From contig CM068750.1 in the NCBI GenBank assembly GCA_035084275.1, forward strand, positions 10,788,001 through 10,852,000: a stretch of DNA of 64,000 bases. The letters are read 5' to 3'. The translations under genes and the position numbers were made by a program. Positions within the stretch are counted from its first letter, which is position 1, and each line of letters starts with the position of its first letter. The DNA is from Hydrolagus colliei (Eukaryota). Below the pieces are notes generated by a model that saw only the letters and a program-made list of their open reading frames with translations, was not told the origin of the DNA and did no database searches. This document shows, one piece after another, positions 12,161-25,260 of this stretch.

Positions 12161-12800
12161 GTTAAATACTGTTAAAGGGAGGACTAATCTGGGTGTAGAC
12201 TTGAGGCTGTCACCGATGACACTCTTGCCATCATAGGCTGACTTGAAAGTAAAAAACAAAGTAGCCCACTTTGATACACGGGTGGCTGAACCAGTTCTGC
12301 TGCTGGATGCCATTTCTACTGCCGCTCCCAGTTACTGAATACCTGCAGTGGAGCTTTGTTTCCTTGCATGTGTTGTCATCACATTACTTCCAGACCCCCA
12401 CCCCCAACCATCCAACTGTTATTTATAATACAGCCAATCAGGTTAAGAATTGTCTAAATTTTGGAGTCTGCATAGAACCAATAATGTCATTTTATTGCAT
12501 ACGCAATGTTGTCTATGAGTATTTAATGAAATTACATCAGTGGTTCTTCTCAATTGCAGAAATTAAACCCAAAGGAGGAACTTTGAATGTGAAAGCAGAG
12601 GTACAAAGACCAATGTTCAAAAAATCATCAGTGCATCCACTTGAGTGTTGCTTGTTGTGAAGCAGGTGCCATGGTCTAAACTTAGAATAAAAATGAAATG
12701 ACCCAACAGTAAAATGACATGTAATTCCAGAACAGCTCAGAGAAAGGAATGGCAGGAAAACAAACAAGCTTGGAGATGGAGTATGAAAACAGAGCTAAAG

Positions 12801-13080
12801 TTTACAAGATTACAAGATTAGTTTGGAAGAGGAAAAGCCCTTCAGATCATCTAATCTCCTCCCTCCAGAATACCCATCCTATAGTCCTCCTATCAGATCA
12901 TTAAACTGTTTCTTAAATGAATCCTGTGTCCCGTCCTCAACCACCTGCCCTGGCAGCCTATTCAGTTGTTAATTACCCTCTGTGTAAAGAGAAATGTCCA
13001 CCTGTCTATCTTGAAAATATCCCTTTGCAACAATTTGTTTTGTTCAACTGTCTTGGCACATCTGGGTGAATTAAAAGTCA
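12801..13080 (-). mobile_element. CR1 LINE 3' end
   Basis: Terminal octamer repeat (tacaagat)2. ttcttaaatgaatcc..cctcaaccacctgccctggcagcctattc..ttaattaccctctgtgtaaaga encodes FTQRVIN..LPGQVVE..FKK on the minus strand. Confidence 0.8.
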
Positions 13081-14058
13081 GTTCACTTGTACTTTCTTCA
13101 GCCTCATACATTGTATTCACTGTTGACAGTGAAGGTTTCCCTTATACAATATCAGTGAGATCTTTTCAGTCTGTGGCAACCCTGTGACTTGTCATTTAAA
13201 CTCCTCCCAATCTTACTCGGATCTCTTCAAATCATAATTTTAACATAAGCACATTAGGAACAAGTCCTGGATGGTGTTAAAATCTCTGGTTTGTGTGGCT
13301 TACCAAATGTAAATTCACAACTCATTTCTGCTTCATGACCTCTAACATAGCTTTATAAGCTTAATTTTATATTTTTTCTATGCTAGTAATCTTTACTAAT
13401 AAATCTTTTAAAGTTGACTCTTAAACACATGGAATATAAGAAGCTTAAATGAATTGTATTTCTTGAGGAAAAATAGATGATTGCAGCTAAAATATGTACA
13501 GTATATTAAGAAATAAGTTGAAGTTGTTTGTGAAACCAATATCAAATCATTCTTTGCAGAATAAATTCATCTTTGCCCGTGCAAAATAATAATTGTTGTG
13601 TTTGTTAAACTACTGTTTTTTCATGCTCTGTTAGGCAGTTTTCTGTATGATTAATGTAGTGTTTTTTTTGTCTGAACAGTGGTTCAAAATTAGTTAATTG
13701 CTGTTAACTAAGGTGGACATAAATAGTAGAAGCATTTGACTTGTGAATAGTAAAGGTTATAGCCAATGAATGCCATTTCTCCTACCTGTATTGTTTGGGG
13801 GCAGGAAGGGTGGGTAGGGGATCCACAACTTTTGTTGCCTTTGTATTGTTAAGATTTGCTGTAAAACTTTCTAGCAGCAAGCTTCCAAGGCTTGTCACTC
13901 AGGCACAGGTTGCAAATTAAAAGAGTGAATAACCGAAAGATGGATGTTCCCTGTGGTTGACTATTCAGGATGCTCACAATCCCTTAAAAGGTATTCCTAC
14001 CATCTGTTAGGTAATCTGTTATTTCACATGACCTACTTTGTCAGATTCCCAATGTGTC

Positions 14059-14322
14059 CAGTGGTTCCCAACCTCGAGTCCCTACCCAAATCAGGGTCAC
14101 GTGGGTCCTCAGTTGGGTAGCGAAGGGTCATCAGAAATTTTTTGTTGTTGCTTTTTTTAATGCTTTTTTAATACTGAAAAGTGCCCGAGGCGATACCGCC
14201 GACGAATTTGCATGAACAACCAGAGTCCACAAAAGAGTCCGCTGAGTCCACAAAAGAGAAGGAGATATTGTCTTGGTTGAGCTTCGCTTCAGTCACGATG
14301 TTGCCCCCTAGGGGTGGGAGGA

Positions 14323-14356
<34 letters not shown>

Positions 14357-14373
14357 GGTTTAGGGAACTACCA
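14059..14373. mobile_element. hAT-Charlie-like MITE, degenerate
   Basis: Left end CAGTGGTTCCCAAC is a Charlie/MER5-type terminus. Right end aaaaggtttagggaactacca is a decayed TIR. Internal gggtcac motifs are present, but no intact 8-bp TSD. Confidence 0.6.
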
Positions 14374-14895
14374 TTCTACAACAATGGTGCTGGTATCATG
14401 GGAATTAAAAAGTAAAAATATTTTTAAAAAACTCCTAAGTATTCAAGTACTTAAGGAGAATATAGAGTGTAGATTTTAAGAAATTCGAAGTAAATAACAT
14501 TTCAATGGGAATTTGAGGTTAGCTGTTTAATAGATGTGATATTGTACAACCTGTAATTTAGTTGATTGATACACTCCAGACAGCACCTGTTAATTTGAAT
14601 GACTGTCACGGACAAATTCTGTTGGTGGACAAAGCTGCGCTTAAAATTGTGCAGAAATGATAAAGCGAGTCTGTTTGAAATGTTAATCATTCAAATTGTT
14701 GAATTAAAGAGCTGGTGAAACGGAGACATTGTTATTCTGTTTTTCTGTAATTTTAGTCACTTCAAGAATTTTGTGCTACAGAAACAAAATATTTCCAAAC
14801 CTAAAGTATCAAATAATTTAACTGTACATTTTAAAATGTAATTTTTATTACAATTATATCTGAGTAGACAGAGACAAATGTAAAGCGCAATAGAC

Positions 14896-14962
14896 GTAAA
14901 GCGTGCTCTGAGATGCCGTCTGGCGTGGAGGGCGCTATATAAATCGAAGTTGTTGCTGTTGT
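14896..14962 (+). mobile_element. L2-type 3' tail
   Basis: gtaaagcgtgctctgagatgcc..gtggagggcgctatataaatcgaagttgttgctgttgt. Confidence 0.7.
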
Positions 14963-15256
14963 AAAGCACGCAACATGGAGCGGAATAGTAGTTAACTTAC
15001 AGCAACATATTTTGTACTCGGAGCCTAGGGTATAGAAACAGGATTAGGAATGAAAATGTTCATGGTTTGTTTCTTGTATGTCTAAACTGATTTTCTTTTC
15101 TATGAAATTAATCAGATGGCTGCTTTCCTTCATTTGAAAGAAATCAGCTTTGGAAAAGTGACCCATTTAGTGCAGTGTTGTTTTGTAAGATGATACAATG
15201 GAAAAACAAACACACTTATCCCTCTGTATTCCAGTAACTGAGCATGGCCATTGGGG

Positions 15257-15400
15257 ATAACAATCTTACTATTTGATATTGCACCTCATCACATTATCAA
15301 ATCATCTTAAAGTACTTCACAGAGGTATGCAATGCAAAGAAGTGTAGTGACTGTATATTTGTAGGTGAACATGACGGCCAATTTGCACACAGCAATATTA
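15257..15400 (-). mobile_element. DeuSINE-type 3' portion
   Basis: gaagtgtagtgactgtatatttgtaggtgaacatgacggccaatttgcacacagcaa is the reverse complement of the DeuSINE 3' region. Confidence 0.75.
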
Positions 15401-16294
15401 ATAGTTAATTTGTTACAATGAAGTGGTTATTTCAAAGGTTGAATAAGTGGTCAGTTATAGGAAACTGTGCGAAGTATAAACCCATAAACTTATTATAAAT
15501 AAATAACTATTCAATGCCTTCCTTCAATTCAATATTGTACATTGTTCAAGCTGCTTTGAGATGTATTATACATCAGTTGGGGGTTTTCAGGTGCAAGTGG
15601 AAACCTGTCTCTGAAAGAATAAAAATCAATTTATGTCAGATGTGAAATGACAGTAGTACTGTTATCCTGCTTTGCCGTACCTGATTGTTTTCTGTCCCTA
15701 ATCCTTCATGGAATGCTTTCCTTGCTTCCACTGAGTTATGGCCCGCTGCCTCAAAAAGTCAGGTTCCTGCAGGAACTTACAACCTTTTGACCCAGACGTA
15801 AGAATGTTACCACCAACAGAGTCTCTTCCAATTCTTTACTTTGGATTGAGAGAATGTGTTCAGAAGCACAGAAATCCTCTTCCAGCATGTGAACGATCAG
15901 GTACCTCTGGCGAATGCCCCAATTTATAAGGCTGTGGGCCCTCTTAGGTTACCTCATTGAGAGTTTACGATGAGCATGGAAAGCAACCTGGCTGTCGTAT
16001 GAGCAAAAGTAGCAGAACACTGGTGCACAAATCTACAAAGGAAGGGGGTTAAAGCATAAATTAGTCTGATTGACAACTGTCTAACCAGACTGGACCAACA
16101 GATGGAGTACACGCTCTACAGGGACTGACTCATCACAAATTATGGTCAGTGACCTTGACACAATTTAATCTGGAAAACATAGGCAAAATCATTGGAGTGA
16201 AGGAATGAGCAAATAGGCCAAGACATCAGTCCCTCCTTCAGAAACTATGCAGCAAGCTTTTATACCAAATCCTGGTATTAATGTAACAAATTGA

Positions 16295-16450
16295 TGATAG
16301 ACTGATAGAATGCTTACAGTGCAAAAAAAGGTATTTGGCCAATTTTATTTGTGATCATGCTCCTTCCAGCACTTATCTACTTCCATCCCTCTATACATTA
16401 CTCATACTCATTAATATTATTATTCTTCCAATATGTATCCGTTTCTTCCA
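16295..16450 (-). mobile_element. Degenerate CR1 3' tail
   Basis: atagaatgcttacagtgcaaaaaaaggtatttggccaa resembles the CR1 terminal segment at 27414-27470. Confidence 0.35.
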
Positions 16451-16609
16451 ACTTTTTTTTGTCTTTGATGTTAGCCCTCAATTTGCGCTCAACTGATTTA
16501 TCCCCTTAAATTCTGTGTTCTAGTGAAAAAGGTCTCAACTTGTTAAATCTTCTCCAAAAAACTACGACCTCTCACCATGAGAAAAAAACAAGAAGGAAAA
16601 GAGGTGAAA

Positions 16610-16725
16610 TTATTGACCGACACCAGAAAAACTCTGTATTTCTTCAAAAAAGTGCCATGGAATCTTTAACATTTACCTGAACTGCCAAAACAGTGAGATG
16701 GAGCTTTGGTTTAATGTCTTAACCA
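16610..16725 (-). mobile_element. Deu-domain SINE fragment
   Basis: gacaccagaaaaactc..cttcaaaaaagtgccatggaatctttaacatttacctga...ggtttaatgtct is the reverse complement of the Deu core. Confidence 0.75.
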
Positions 16726-18799
16726 CAAAGCCTCACATTGGGAGCCGGCCAAACACCTTCTCAAAATTGGGATCAAATTATTTAGGATTATGAAATAGCT
16801 AGACAAAATAAGCAGTGTATGACTTTAAACATAAACCTGAACAGGACATAAACCTAAATTGGGGTAAAATGGTTAGGGCCAAGATGAGGAACAAAATGTC
16901 ACAGAACGTAATAACTAAATGCAATATACTGCCATAGAGATCCATGGATCAGAAATCGGTTGAGTGATTTAAGAGAGATTTAACCACATTTGTGGTCCCC
17001 TAGACCTTTTTTCAAAAAAAACGGTAGCTTTCTTCTTTGAGTATATTTGTTGAAACATGCCTAAAATTGATATACTTTCACCAGTTAAAAGACACTTTTG
17101 AAATTAAATACATATACTGGAATTTTCTTTAAAAGTTTATTGATAGTAAATTGCTGCGCTAGAGAAATATGATCACTGATGATATACTGTAAATTTCTTT
17201 GTACATTTAGGAAAACAATACTTTCCTCTATATCTTTCATCGACCTGTCAATTAAGTGACATTTGTAATGACGAAGAAGGAGGTCTGTGTCAAACTATGG
17301 ACAAAGTTTAGTTTTTGTGGGTGTAGAAAGTAGAAGTTGATGTGGCAGCCTTTTGACCGTGAAACCTTTACTATGTCAATATATTATCTGATTTTAAAGT
17401 GTACACAAAAGCTACTTTATAGATGATCATGTGTGTTTTATTGTGGCTTTACAAGAATGGTCTTCTTTGATGTTTTTTTTGAAAGGTGAGACTAGCATTA
17501 GGTAGTTTGCCTGGGGGTTTGCCATTGAAAACTTTACATGATGCACTGAGCTCAAACAGCTCATAAGGAACAATGCTTCTTCACATACATTATTATATCC
17601 CATCATTCACTTGTTTACATTGTATCTGAGAAGTTGAAATTGGGTTTGTCAATTTTCTTTGTCGTGTAATGAAACAATAGCCAAAACAAGGTACGGGATC
17701 AAATTTTCACTATGTGTGTATTGCCTCAGGTTATAAATAAGGTAGTTTTGATAGCTGATGGACATCTGTGAGCTTTAATTTTGATGTGCACCTTATTTAG
17801 TTGTCAGACGTGTGCCCAATATAGGGATTTTGTGACATTTGATGGACTCTAATTACTGAAATAGTAATAATACTATATATGCCCAGATGTTTGGAATATT
17901 ATTTCTAATAGATAATAGCTGCTGGTTGGAATTGTGCAGTTGCGCTCAACAGCAGAAGTTTCAATTGAATTAACTATTAGAGTCATAAGATAGCTATTTC
18001 TTGCAAGGTTAAATAGAAAAGATTAGAGAATCAATTTTTTAAAAAGTTTTTACACCATGGATTAGTAATAACTATTTAGTATAAATATTTAGACTTTGAT
18101 AACACATCCAGTTATCAAATTCTTATGCTGATTATCAGTAATAATGGTATATATAATTCCACATTTAGTTAAGAAGTTTTGTGGATGGAGAACATAAAGG
18201 TCAATAGGGAAACCTTTAACTCAGAAATAAAACCTTTAACTCAGATAAATAAAACTCCATTGCTGGTTATAATTTGGTACAACTTGTGGTTTCCATCTTG
18301 AGTCGATATCTGTCAACATTAGCTTGGGCCAAGAGAACATAGAATACGGGTCACCAACTAGATGATTTCATTACCACACCTGTACAGCTACCACAATGAG
18401 TGTAGAATTTTTCCAGCAAGAAGTAAGAGAATACATTAATCTTTATTGTACAACTTTATATGAGCATACTTCAAGGGTATGGGGGAAATCATCTGACATT
18501 GACACAGAGGCATTATTCAAAGTCAAAATTGCTTCGGGATAAATAGACACCCTTAAAAGAAATAATGCAGAGCATATAGGAGAAGCATATACCCAAGTGC
18601 AAAATAGATCAACAGGAAAATAAAACAGATTAAAGAAAAAAAAAGGAAAATTTATGAATCTGGTTCAAGAAATGATAGGGTGACCCATGGGCTGAATACA
18701 TGACTATAGAAAAAAAGTTATAAAAAACTAATAGGGGACTCACAAGCTGTTCTATAAATGTCTTCCCACTATCTTGAAGGCTGATATTTGTTGCATAGC

Positions 18800-18873
18800 T
18801 GTTAGCTGAGCCGGCACAGACTAGATGGGCCGAATGGCCTCCTTTTGTGCCGTAAAATTCTATGATTCTATGA
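18800..18873 (+). mobile_element. CR1 3' terminus
   Basis: gagccggcacagactagatgggccgaatggcctccttttgtgccgtaaa followed by (attctatg)2, the canonical CR1 octamer tail. Confidence 0.9.
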
Positions 18874-18974
18874 TATGATGAGGAAACTCTGTGGCTTGGG
18901 GAGACAGCTCCCCTTGTAGTCTTGTGACTTTTTCAGTCTGAAGTTCTCAACCATTTGAAAACCTGTGTTTGTCT

Positions 18975-19265
18975 AGCACGTCCACAGCCTCCCCCACCTC
19001 ACCTTTGGCTGGCGGGCCTTCAGCCACTCTGCCCCTATCTTATGGAACTCCATCCCACAGACTCTCCACCTCACCCCTCCTTTGCCTCCTTCAAGACCTA
19101 TCTCAAGACCCTCCTCTTCAACTGTGCCTTTTGTCAGCTTCCTCTGTCCCCCATCCTCCTTGATCCCGAGTCCCAACTTGATACCAAAACACTGATTGTC
19201 TAGTGCATTTGACGTCCTCCCTATGTGAAAGGCACGATACAAATATAATTTGGTTTGTTGTTGTT
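18975..19265 (+). mobile_element. L2 LINE 3' end
   Basis: Encodes GGRAFSHSAPILWNSIP..FKTYLKTLLF, then gacgtcctccctatgtgaaaggcacgatacaaat and (ttg)n. Confidence 0.88.
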
Positions 19266-20479
19266 TTTTCTTCATTTGACTACTTCTCTTCCCTCACTAG
19301 TAATGACAGTTATCTCACAAGGCTTTGACTCCAGTAGTATAATATAAACAGTATAAGTAACTTGTTCATATCAGTTCAATTTCTGAGCGAAGGCAATTTA
19401 GGTCTCTGATTGAATTGCTTAAGACAAGTGACTATTTGTTAAATGACAACTAAATGTTTCTATCTGCTACAAAAACCCTGAAACTTTACGAAGAAGGTCT
19501 GGATAGAGTAGTGACTTGATGCACATTTTCTCTGATGACAACAGGATTGCCTTTCTTTGTAAGTGCAATCAAAGAACAGTTTGAGATAGGTAGAAATATG
19601 ATTATTGATTTAGCAGATATTTCTACTAATTATATTTTGTGTGGTTTCAATTGATCCACTTGACATGACTGTAATAAAAACAGTCTGGGAAAATATACTC
19701 CAGACAGTTATGACATTGTACAAGTCAGGATCCATTGTGTGCCCCAGGCTCCCAAAGGGTTTCTTTTTACACAATCCCATGTGATTTGCCAGTTGCCTTT
19801 AAGGTCAAGATGAATTATATGTAAGGACCATGAAAATAAGATTTTAATTCTTTTCACAAATAGGTATGCTTTTTGAGTGATAGTCAATCAGAAAAAAAAA
19901 AATTTCACCCGTTTCCTTTTAAAATCTGAACCAGCCAATCTTATCCAACATCTGTCATATAGTGCATACTCATTGGTAACACTCACTTAGTGCTGTAAGT
20001 AACACTTACCAACAACTCCTCACCTCAGGTCCTTACAGTATAGACCAGTTATATCCCCCACAAAAAAGTTATATCCCAAGTTGTCCCTACAACTCACAGA
20101 ATCTTGTAGAGCCTTGATGTTTTCTTTAACCCTTGACTCTTTTCAAATCTTTCACTTGGGCTTCTTACAACATGAAAGGATCCATCTAAGTGCAAATATT
20201 TGTTGTTATTTCTATGTTTGATGATGGATGTTTCAAACAGTCAGAATAAGATAGACATTCTCTTTTGAGCCTGAAGCAAGTCAGCAACCTCATCATTTTA
20301 TTCAATCTCAGCTCTTTCTTAATTTCTACATCTGGTCTTTGATTAAGACCACCTTCCTCCATCTCTTCAATCTTGCCACCACTAACTTCTGTCTCGAATG
20401 CAGCTAAAACCCTCCACTATTGCACTGAGTTTAAGATACTAATGTTGCCCATCATTCACCCACAAAACACAGAGTCACA

Positions 20480-20965
20480 AACTTTACAGTGAATCCATGA
20501 GTGCCTTGAGCTGTCCTCCTGAAGTGACAAGCATTACAGTTAACTCTTGTCAAACGCGACTTTATCGATTGTGAATTCAAGTATACACAACGAAAAAAAG
20601 TCACTTTTTTGCGTAGCGCGTGCAAAACTTGCGTATACGCGCTGGCTGGCCCTGCGCACATGGGCACTTGTGAGGACGCCGGCAGCTCCCGACTAAATCC
20701 GATGATTCTTCGGCTGGTTGGCCCTGCGCGCAATGCACCCTACACCCAGCCGGCTGTAGCCTACCTCAGTATGTACCTTGCATTGGTCAGGTGTGGAAGT
20801 GCCTGGAGGCGTGAGGTGGGTAGCTTGTGGCTGGATTCCCCTAAACCCCTTTTCCCATTACTTGTTAAGCTTACCCAAGTTTACTGAGTGCGCTGTTTTC
20901 CAGGAACGTAACCCCCGCAATCGACGAGTGTTAACTGTATACCAAATGTAAGCTTTAGTGTTATT
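20480..20965 (+). mobile_element. L2-type 3' tail split by a MITE insertion
   Basis: Removing 20537-20939 joins gagtgccttgagctgtcctcctgaagtgacaagcatTAtaccaaatgtaagc into a continuous L2-like tail. Confidence 0.55.
20537..20937. mobile_element. Tigger/pogo-like Tc1/mariner MITE (401 bp)
   Basis: TIRs CAGTTAACTCTTGTCAAACGCG and (reverse complement) CAGTTAACACTCGTCGATTGCG. TA duplications at 20535-20536 and 20938-20939. Tigger-type caggaacgtaacccc motif near the right end. CpG-rich interior. Confidence 0.88.
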
Positions 20966-22694
20966 CAAATCACACCATGCTTTTGCTCCACCCAATCGTC
21001 TGCCTAAACTCCTCCTCACCTCCTCAAATTCATGGCTGCTGTTCAACCCTCACCCATTTGGCACTATGCTGCAGAAAGCAAAACTGTCAGCCCCTCCATT
21101 TGGCACTGCTCATTGAGCAGCATGAAGCATTGCTAAAGTTATATTTTGTATCATTCTCGCCTCTTGTCTGTGTGGTCAAGAGCCAGCTAAAATTAGGAAA
21201 CATATGAAGGAAATGATCCCACACACACTCAAATAAAAGTGTGTTGATTTGAAACCATTTAGAACAATATTATTTGTCATTTCACTCATGTTTTTCGTGT
21301 CTGTAAAATTTGTTTGGAAGTTGCTTTTGTCAGAAGTTGCTCAATTCTTTTACAATTACCGCAACAGTTTACACACTCCTGTCACAATAAGGAATACAAT
21401 ATATGTAAGCTGTACTATGCCTCTTAGTGGTGAAATAAAAAATGTAAACTATAAATTCCTGTATCTGCTCAGATATGAGAAAAATAAAGGATGTCAGTAC
21501 AGCACATGTAAAGATTATCATTACAGTTAATTGAGAGCGAATAACTTTTCAATTGCTTGATATAGAAATACTTCTCTTGTTGACAATGTCCTTTGGAATG
21601 CATTTCCCTTTATGGTGCTTTCTTTAGTTTATACTGAGGCACATACCTATACCCTTTGTGTCAAGAATACAACAATTCACAATTTATCTTTTTTACTGAA
21701 AGTTTACAGATCAAGTGTTGTGAAAAGTTACTGCAGTCTTGGCTGCAAGAGGTCAAAGAAATCTGTGATGGTCCATTTGCAACAGTTTCACTCGGACTCT
21801 ATTGTGGTAAACCATGATGACAAGGTGTCTTATCATCCTGTTGGTTTGCCTGTGATGATGTTTATGGTCTCTCTCTGTAGAAATACCCTCTTGTTCAATG
21901 ATCAGATATCTGAGAATAGGAATAACCCCCCATTGTTGAAACACTGTACGATACAATGATGGCACAAATGACAGTACAATTCAATGAGTCACAAAAACAA
22001 CATGATTTGGCCATAACAGGAGTTGTATACTTTGGAACGGAAATATTGTTCATGGTGGTATGTGCATTCAACTGCAAATAGTGTGCAGAAATTATGCTGT
22101 GCGAAGGATGTGCTTTTAATAGCTTTCTAGTTCACCTCATTATACCCACACTTAGCAATTACTGCACAATGTTAACAGCGGTGTATTGTGACGAAAAAAA
22201 CATTTTTCAATAAAGGCTGTAATTACTTTAATATATGTCAGTATCACAGCAGCTGTGTGAAAACTTCCATTTTTATTTTCAAACTACGACTGCTTCATTA
22301 AATATCCTGACTGCACTCTTTTGGGTATGTCCTTAACTACACAAATCCAAAGGTCAAACGACTCATAGTGCATTGGGAGAGAAATGCTACGCATTGTGGT
22401 GCAAACTCATCCAAGCACCAGTTATCAAGCGATTAACAGCTCGAATAAGTTTTATATATCTATCTGAAAATAATTGCAATAACTTGAAATATGGCCAAGG
22501 ATTCATAATTCATACTTGTTATTTACTGTGAATCCTTAAGAACTCACATTTTACTGCATTTAACATAATGTCAATAATGGACTGACCTTGACAGACCATG
22601 CTTGATAGACAAACCCCCATCCACCTCCCCCCTTGTGATGTCAAAGGAGCAACATTTTTTATTACTATTATAAAGTATACTTACTCTGCTTTGC

Positions 22695-23080
22695 CAATTT
22701 TCTCTCCTATCTCAAAGGTTTCAGATATGAATCCTCGGATCTCTCAATATCTCATCCAATTGCCAATTCTCTGATTGTGAGATGAGAAAGTCAGTGTCAG
22801 CAAGCTATTCAACTGTAAAAAGCATGACATGATGGTTCCAATCCAGCTGTTACACAAGAACCACATGTTATAGAAAGAGTCATTGGATAATGATCACAAG
22901 TAAAATCTTTAGCTGATTTTACCCTTCCCAACTAAGGGACAATTCTCAATTGTAGTGATTCAGCTATCACTGAAATTAGGAAACTGTAACTGACCAAGCA
23001 TCAAACTAGACATTTTCTGGTCCGTGTGGCTCAATTCTATCCTGGGCACTACTTTTATCCACAGGGCAATTGTTGGAGTC
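22695..23080 (-). mobile_element. Long tRNA-derived SINE (family C), degenerate near-full-length
   Basis: Reverse complement ..tacagttgaatagcttgctgacactg..agaattggcaattgg aligns with 58060-58115. The head gagccacacggaccag..tttgatgc lies at 22995-23040. Confidence 0.55.
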
Positions 23081-24875
23081 AAAATAATACAAAATAAAAA
23101 TACGTAATTTAACTCACTTCCATCCAATTTTAACCTGATCCTTTTTAACCTGATCTCTGGTACATCTAAATTGTCTTTTTTTAACCAAAAAGGAATAAAA
23201 TATCTGTAAATTAATAATTATTTTTAAGATTAGTCTTATTTTTATTATGTTATACTGTATTATGTTTGACCTCTTGTTGACTTTAGGACATTGATTGACA
23301 TTACAGATATGATTATTGCTGAACATAAAAGTAGTGATTGTTCCATTTCTACTGATTATTTAAGGATTACTAAATTCTTAAGATTGAAAATGCAACTAAG
23401 CAAGACACCCTAGTCTGACTTCAGTAAGAACTTTTCCCTTAAGCTGCTTGGAAATACAATATGATAATACATTGCCTCTATTAAGTTTGCATACATTCCA
23501 CAATGGCTTTTAAAATAATGACAACTCCATTGTATCAAATTGAGGAAAAGACCTGGTCAAATGTCAAGCTTTCCTTGAAGATGGTTTGGTAAATAAGATG
23601 CTATAATGACTTTAAACATTTAGGAGATGGACAGCACCTTCACAGTGAGGTCACTCTTTTCGTAGAACCAGATGTACTTCTTTTTATAGCCTGCAGGTAG
23701 AAATTGTAACTAAAGTGTAAAGTTACTCTAAATGGAGCAGACATTTCTGATTGTACTTGACTGCAGAGGTTTTCTTGCATTAGGTTACATAACGGATGAT
23801 GGTTTCAGTTGAAAGAAAATCATCCCTCACAGGATTTTTGGTATTGTTTAATTATGTGGAAAAAAAACAAGTTGAAACAAATTCCGTGATGGTGAAAGTC
23901 AGCAAGGTTCTCCCTATTATCCTTCTGATATTTCAGGTGGGAAAGTTAGTTATGACAGTGTACTCATCAATCATAGCTTGATCATCAAGATAGAAAAACA
24001 TTGAATAAACTCAAAATCCAATTTATCCAGCTTGACAACTGACAATATGACATCTTTTGTACAACACAAACATACAGATGTTCTAAAACAGCCTGCAGCA
24101 GATATGTGAATGAAGAGTTTGTAAATTATTGAAGCTTGTCTGACAAGGAACTTCCTTTTAAAGTAAAAAAATATATATACTGAATACGTATATATCTTGT
24201 ATACTGATGAAATATAGCATAAAATATTTATTCACATGCACATTCCATATTAAGATATCACATCAATATCCACTAATTGGGAATCCACTAAAGAGTAATA
24301 ATTATGTAACATCAAGTCCCCCTCTCTAGATCTCTGAAGCTCTTAGAAAAGACGGGCATTTGAATTTCGATGTGACTCGTGTTTCCCATTATTTATTAAG
24401 GTAATGTTTGTTTTTAAAATATATCTCAATCCTCAGCACTATTTGTTATAAGCTTGTTTTCCTCAATTAAAAGGAGGCTTTGTCCCACAATACATTTATT
24501 ACACAGATATGCAATTGTTTTTCAATTTAGTTAAATGTAGATTATATTGTCTTAATTGGCATAGTTAAAGATTGAATTCTAAAATCATTTCAAGCAATGT
24601 TATAATCAGGGTGAATAGAAACCTGCTGAGAATTTTGCAAAACTCTTAAACTCATTGTAATACAATGAAGAATGGGCGGTATAAATCAAGCTTCCCACTT
24701 CACATTATTCCACTGCTGAAAGAATATTGTTTTGCTTCCAGCAATATAAAACGCGCAACAAAGCAGCAACGTTCTTATCTAAAACTCTTTTTGAAATATT
24801 TGAAACTATAGTTCTGTTCAGTGCTGCAAGTTGGATATCAGTTGTGTTCTTTAGCATGTCTTGTTTCTGCACCAT

Positions 24876-25260
24876 ATAATAATAATAATGTAATAAATAA
24901 TCCTCGCATTTGATATGGCACCTTATCACGTCTTCGAGATATCTCAAGACGCTTCGCAGAATACTCTGTACAGTGAATTGACTTTATATATTTTGTGGGT
25001 GAAACGTGCCAGCAGTGTTTTACAAACAGACATGGATTCAGTGACCAAATTATTATTATTTTTTGAAGGAATTATTACCCCAAGAAAAGCGATCCACCAA
25101 TCAACTAACAACCAGGTTTCTATTTACAGTAGGTAAACAGAGACATATGGAATAAGGAAATTTGCCCAATGTTTCGCCCTGCTGGGAATTGAAACCAGGT
25201 TAAATTCAATTCGCTCTAGCTTGTAAAGCAAGTCCTCTAGTAGTGAACTAAAGGACTCCA
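24876..25260 (-). mobile_element. Full-length tRNA-CORE SINE, long variant
   Basis: Reverse complement: ggagtcctttagttca..ggtttcaattcc (B-box-like)..ttgggcaaatttccttattcc..tctctgtttacctactgtaaatag..shared tail..(tta)n. Confidence 0.88.

Noticed and set aside
16840-17000. Possible further CR1 ORF2 relics (also about 18400-18620 and 62150-62330)
   Set aside because: Similarity is too decayed to set boundaries or call with confidence by eye
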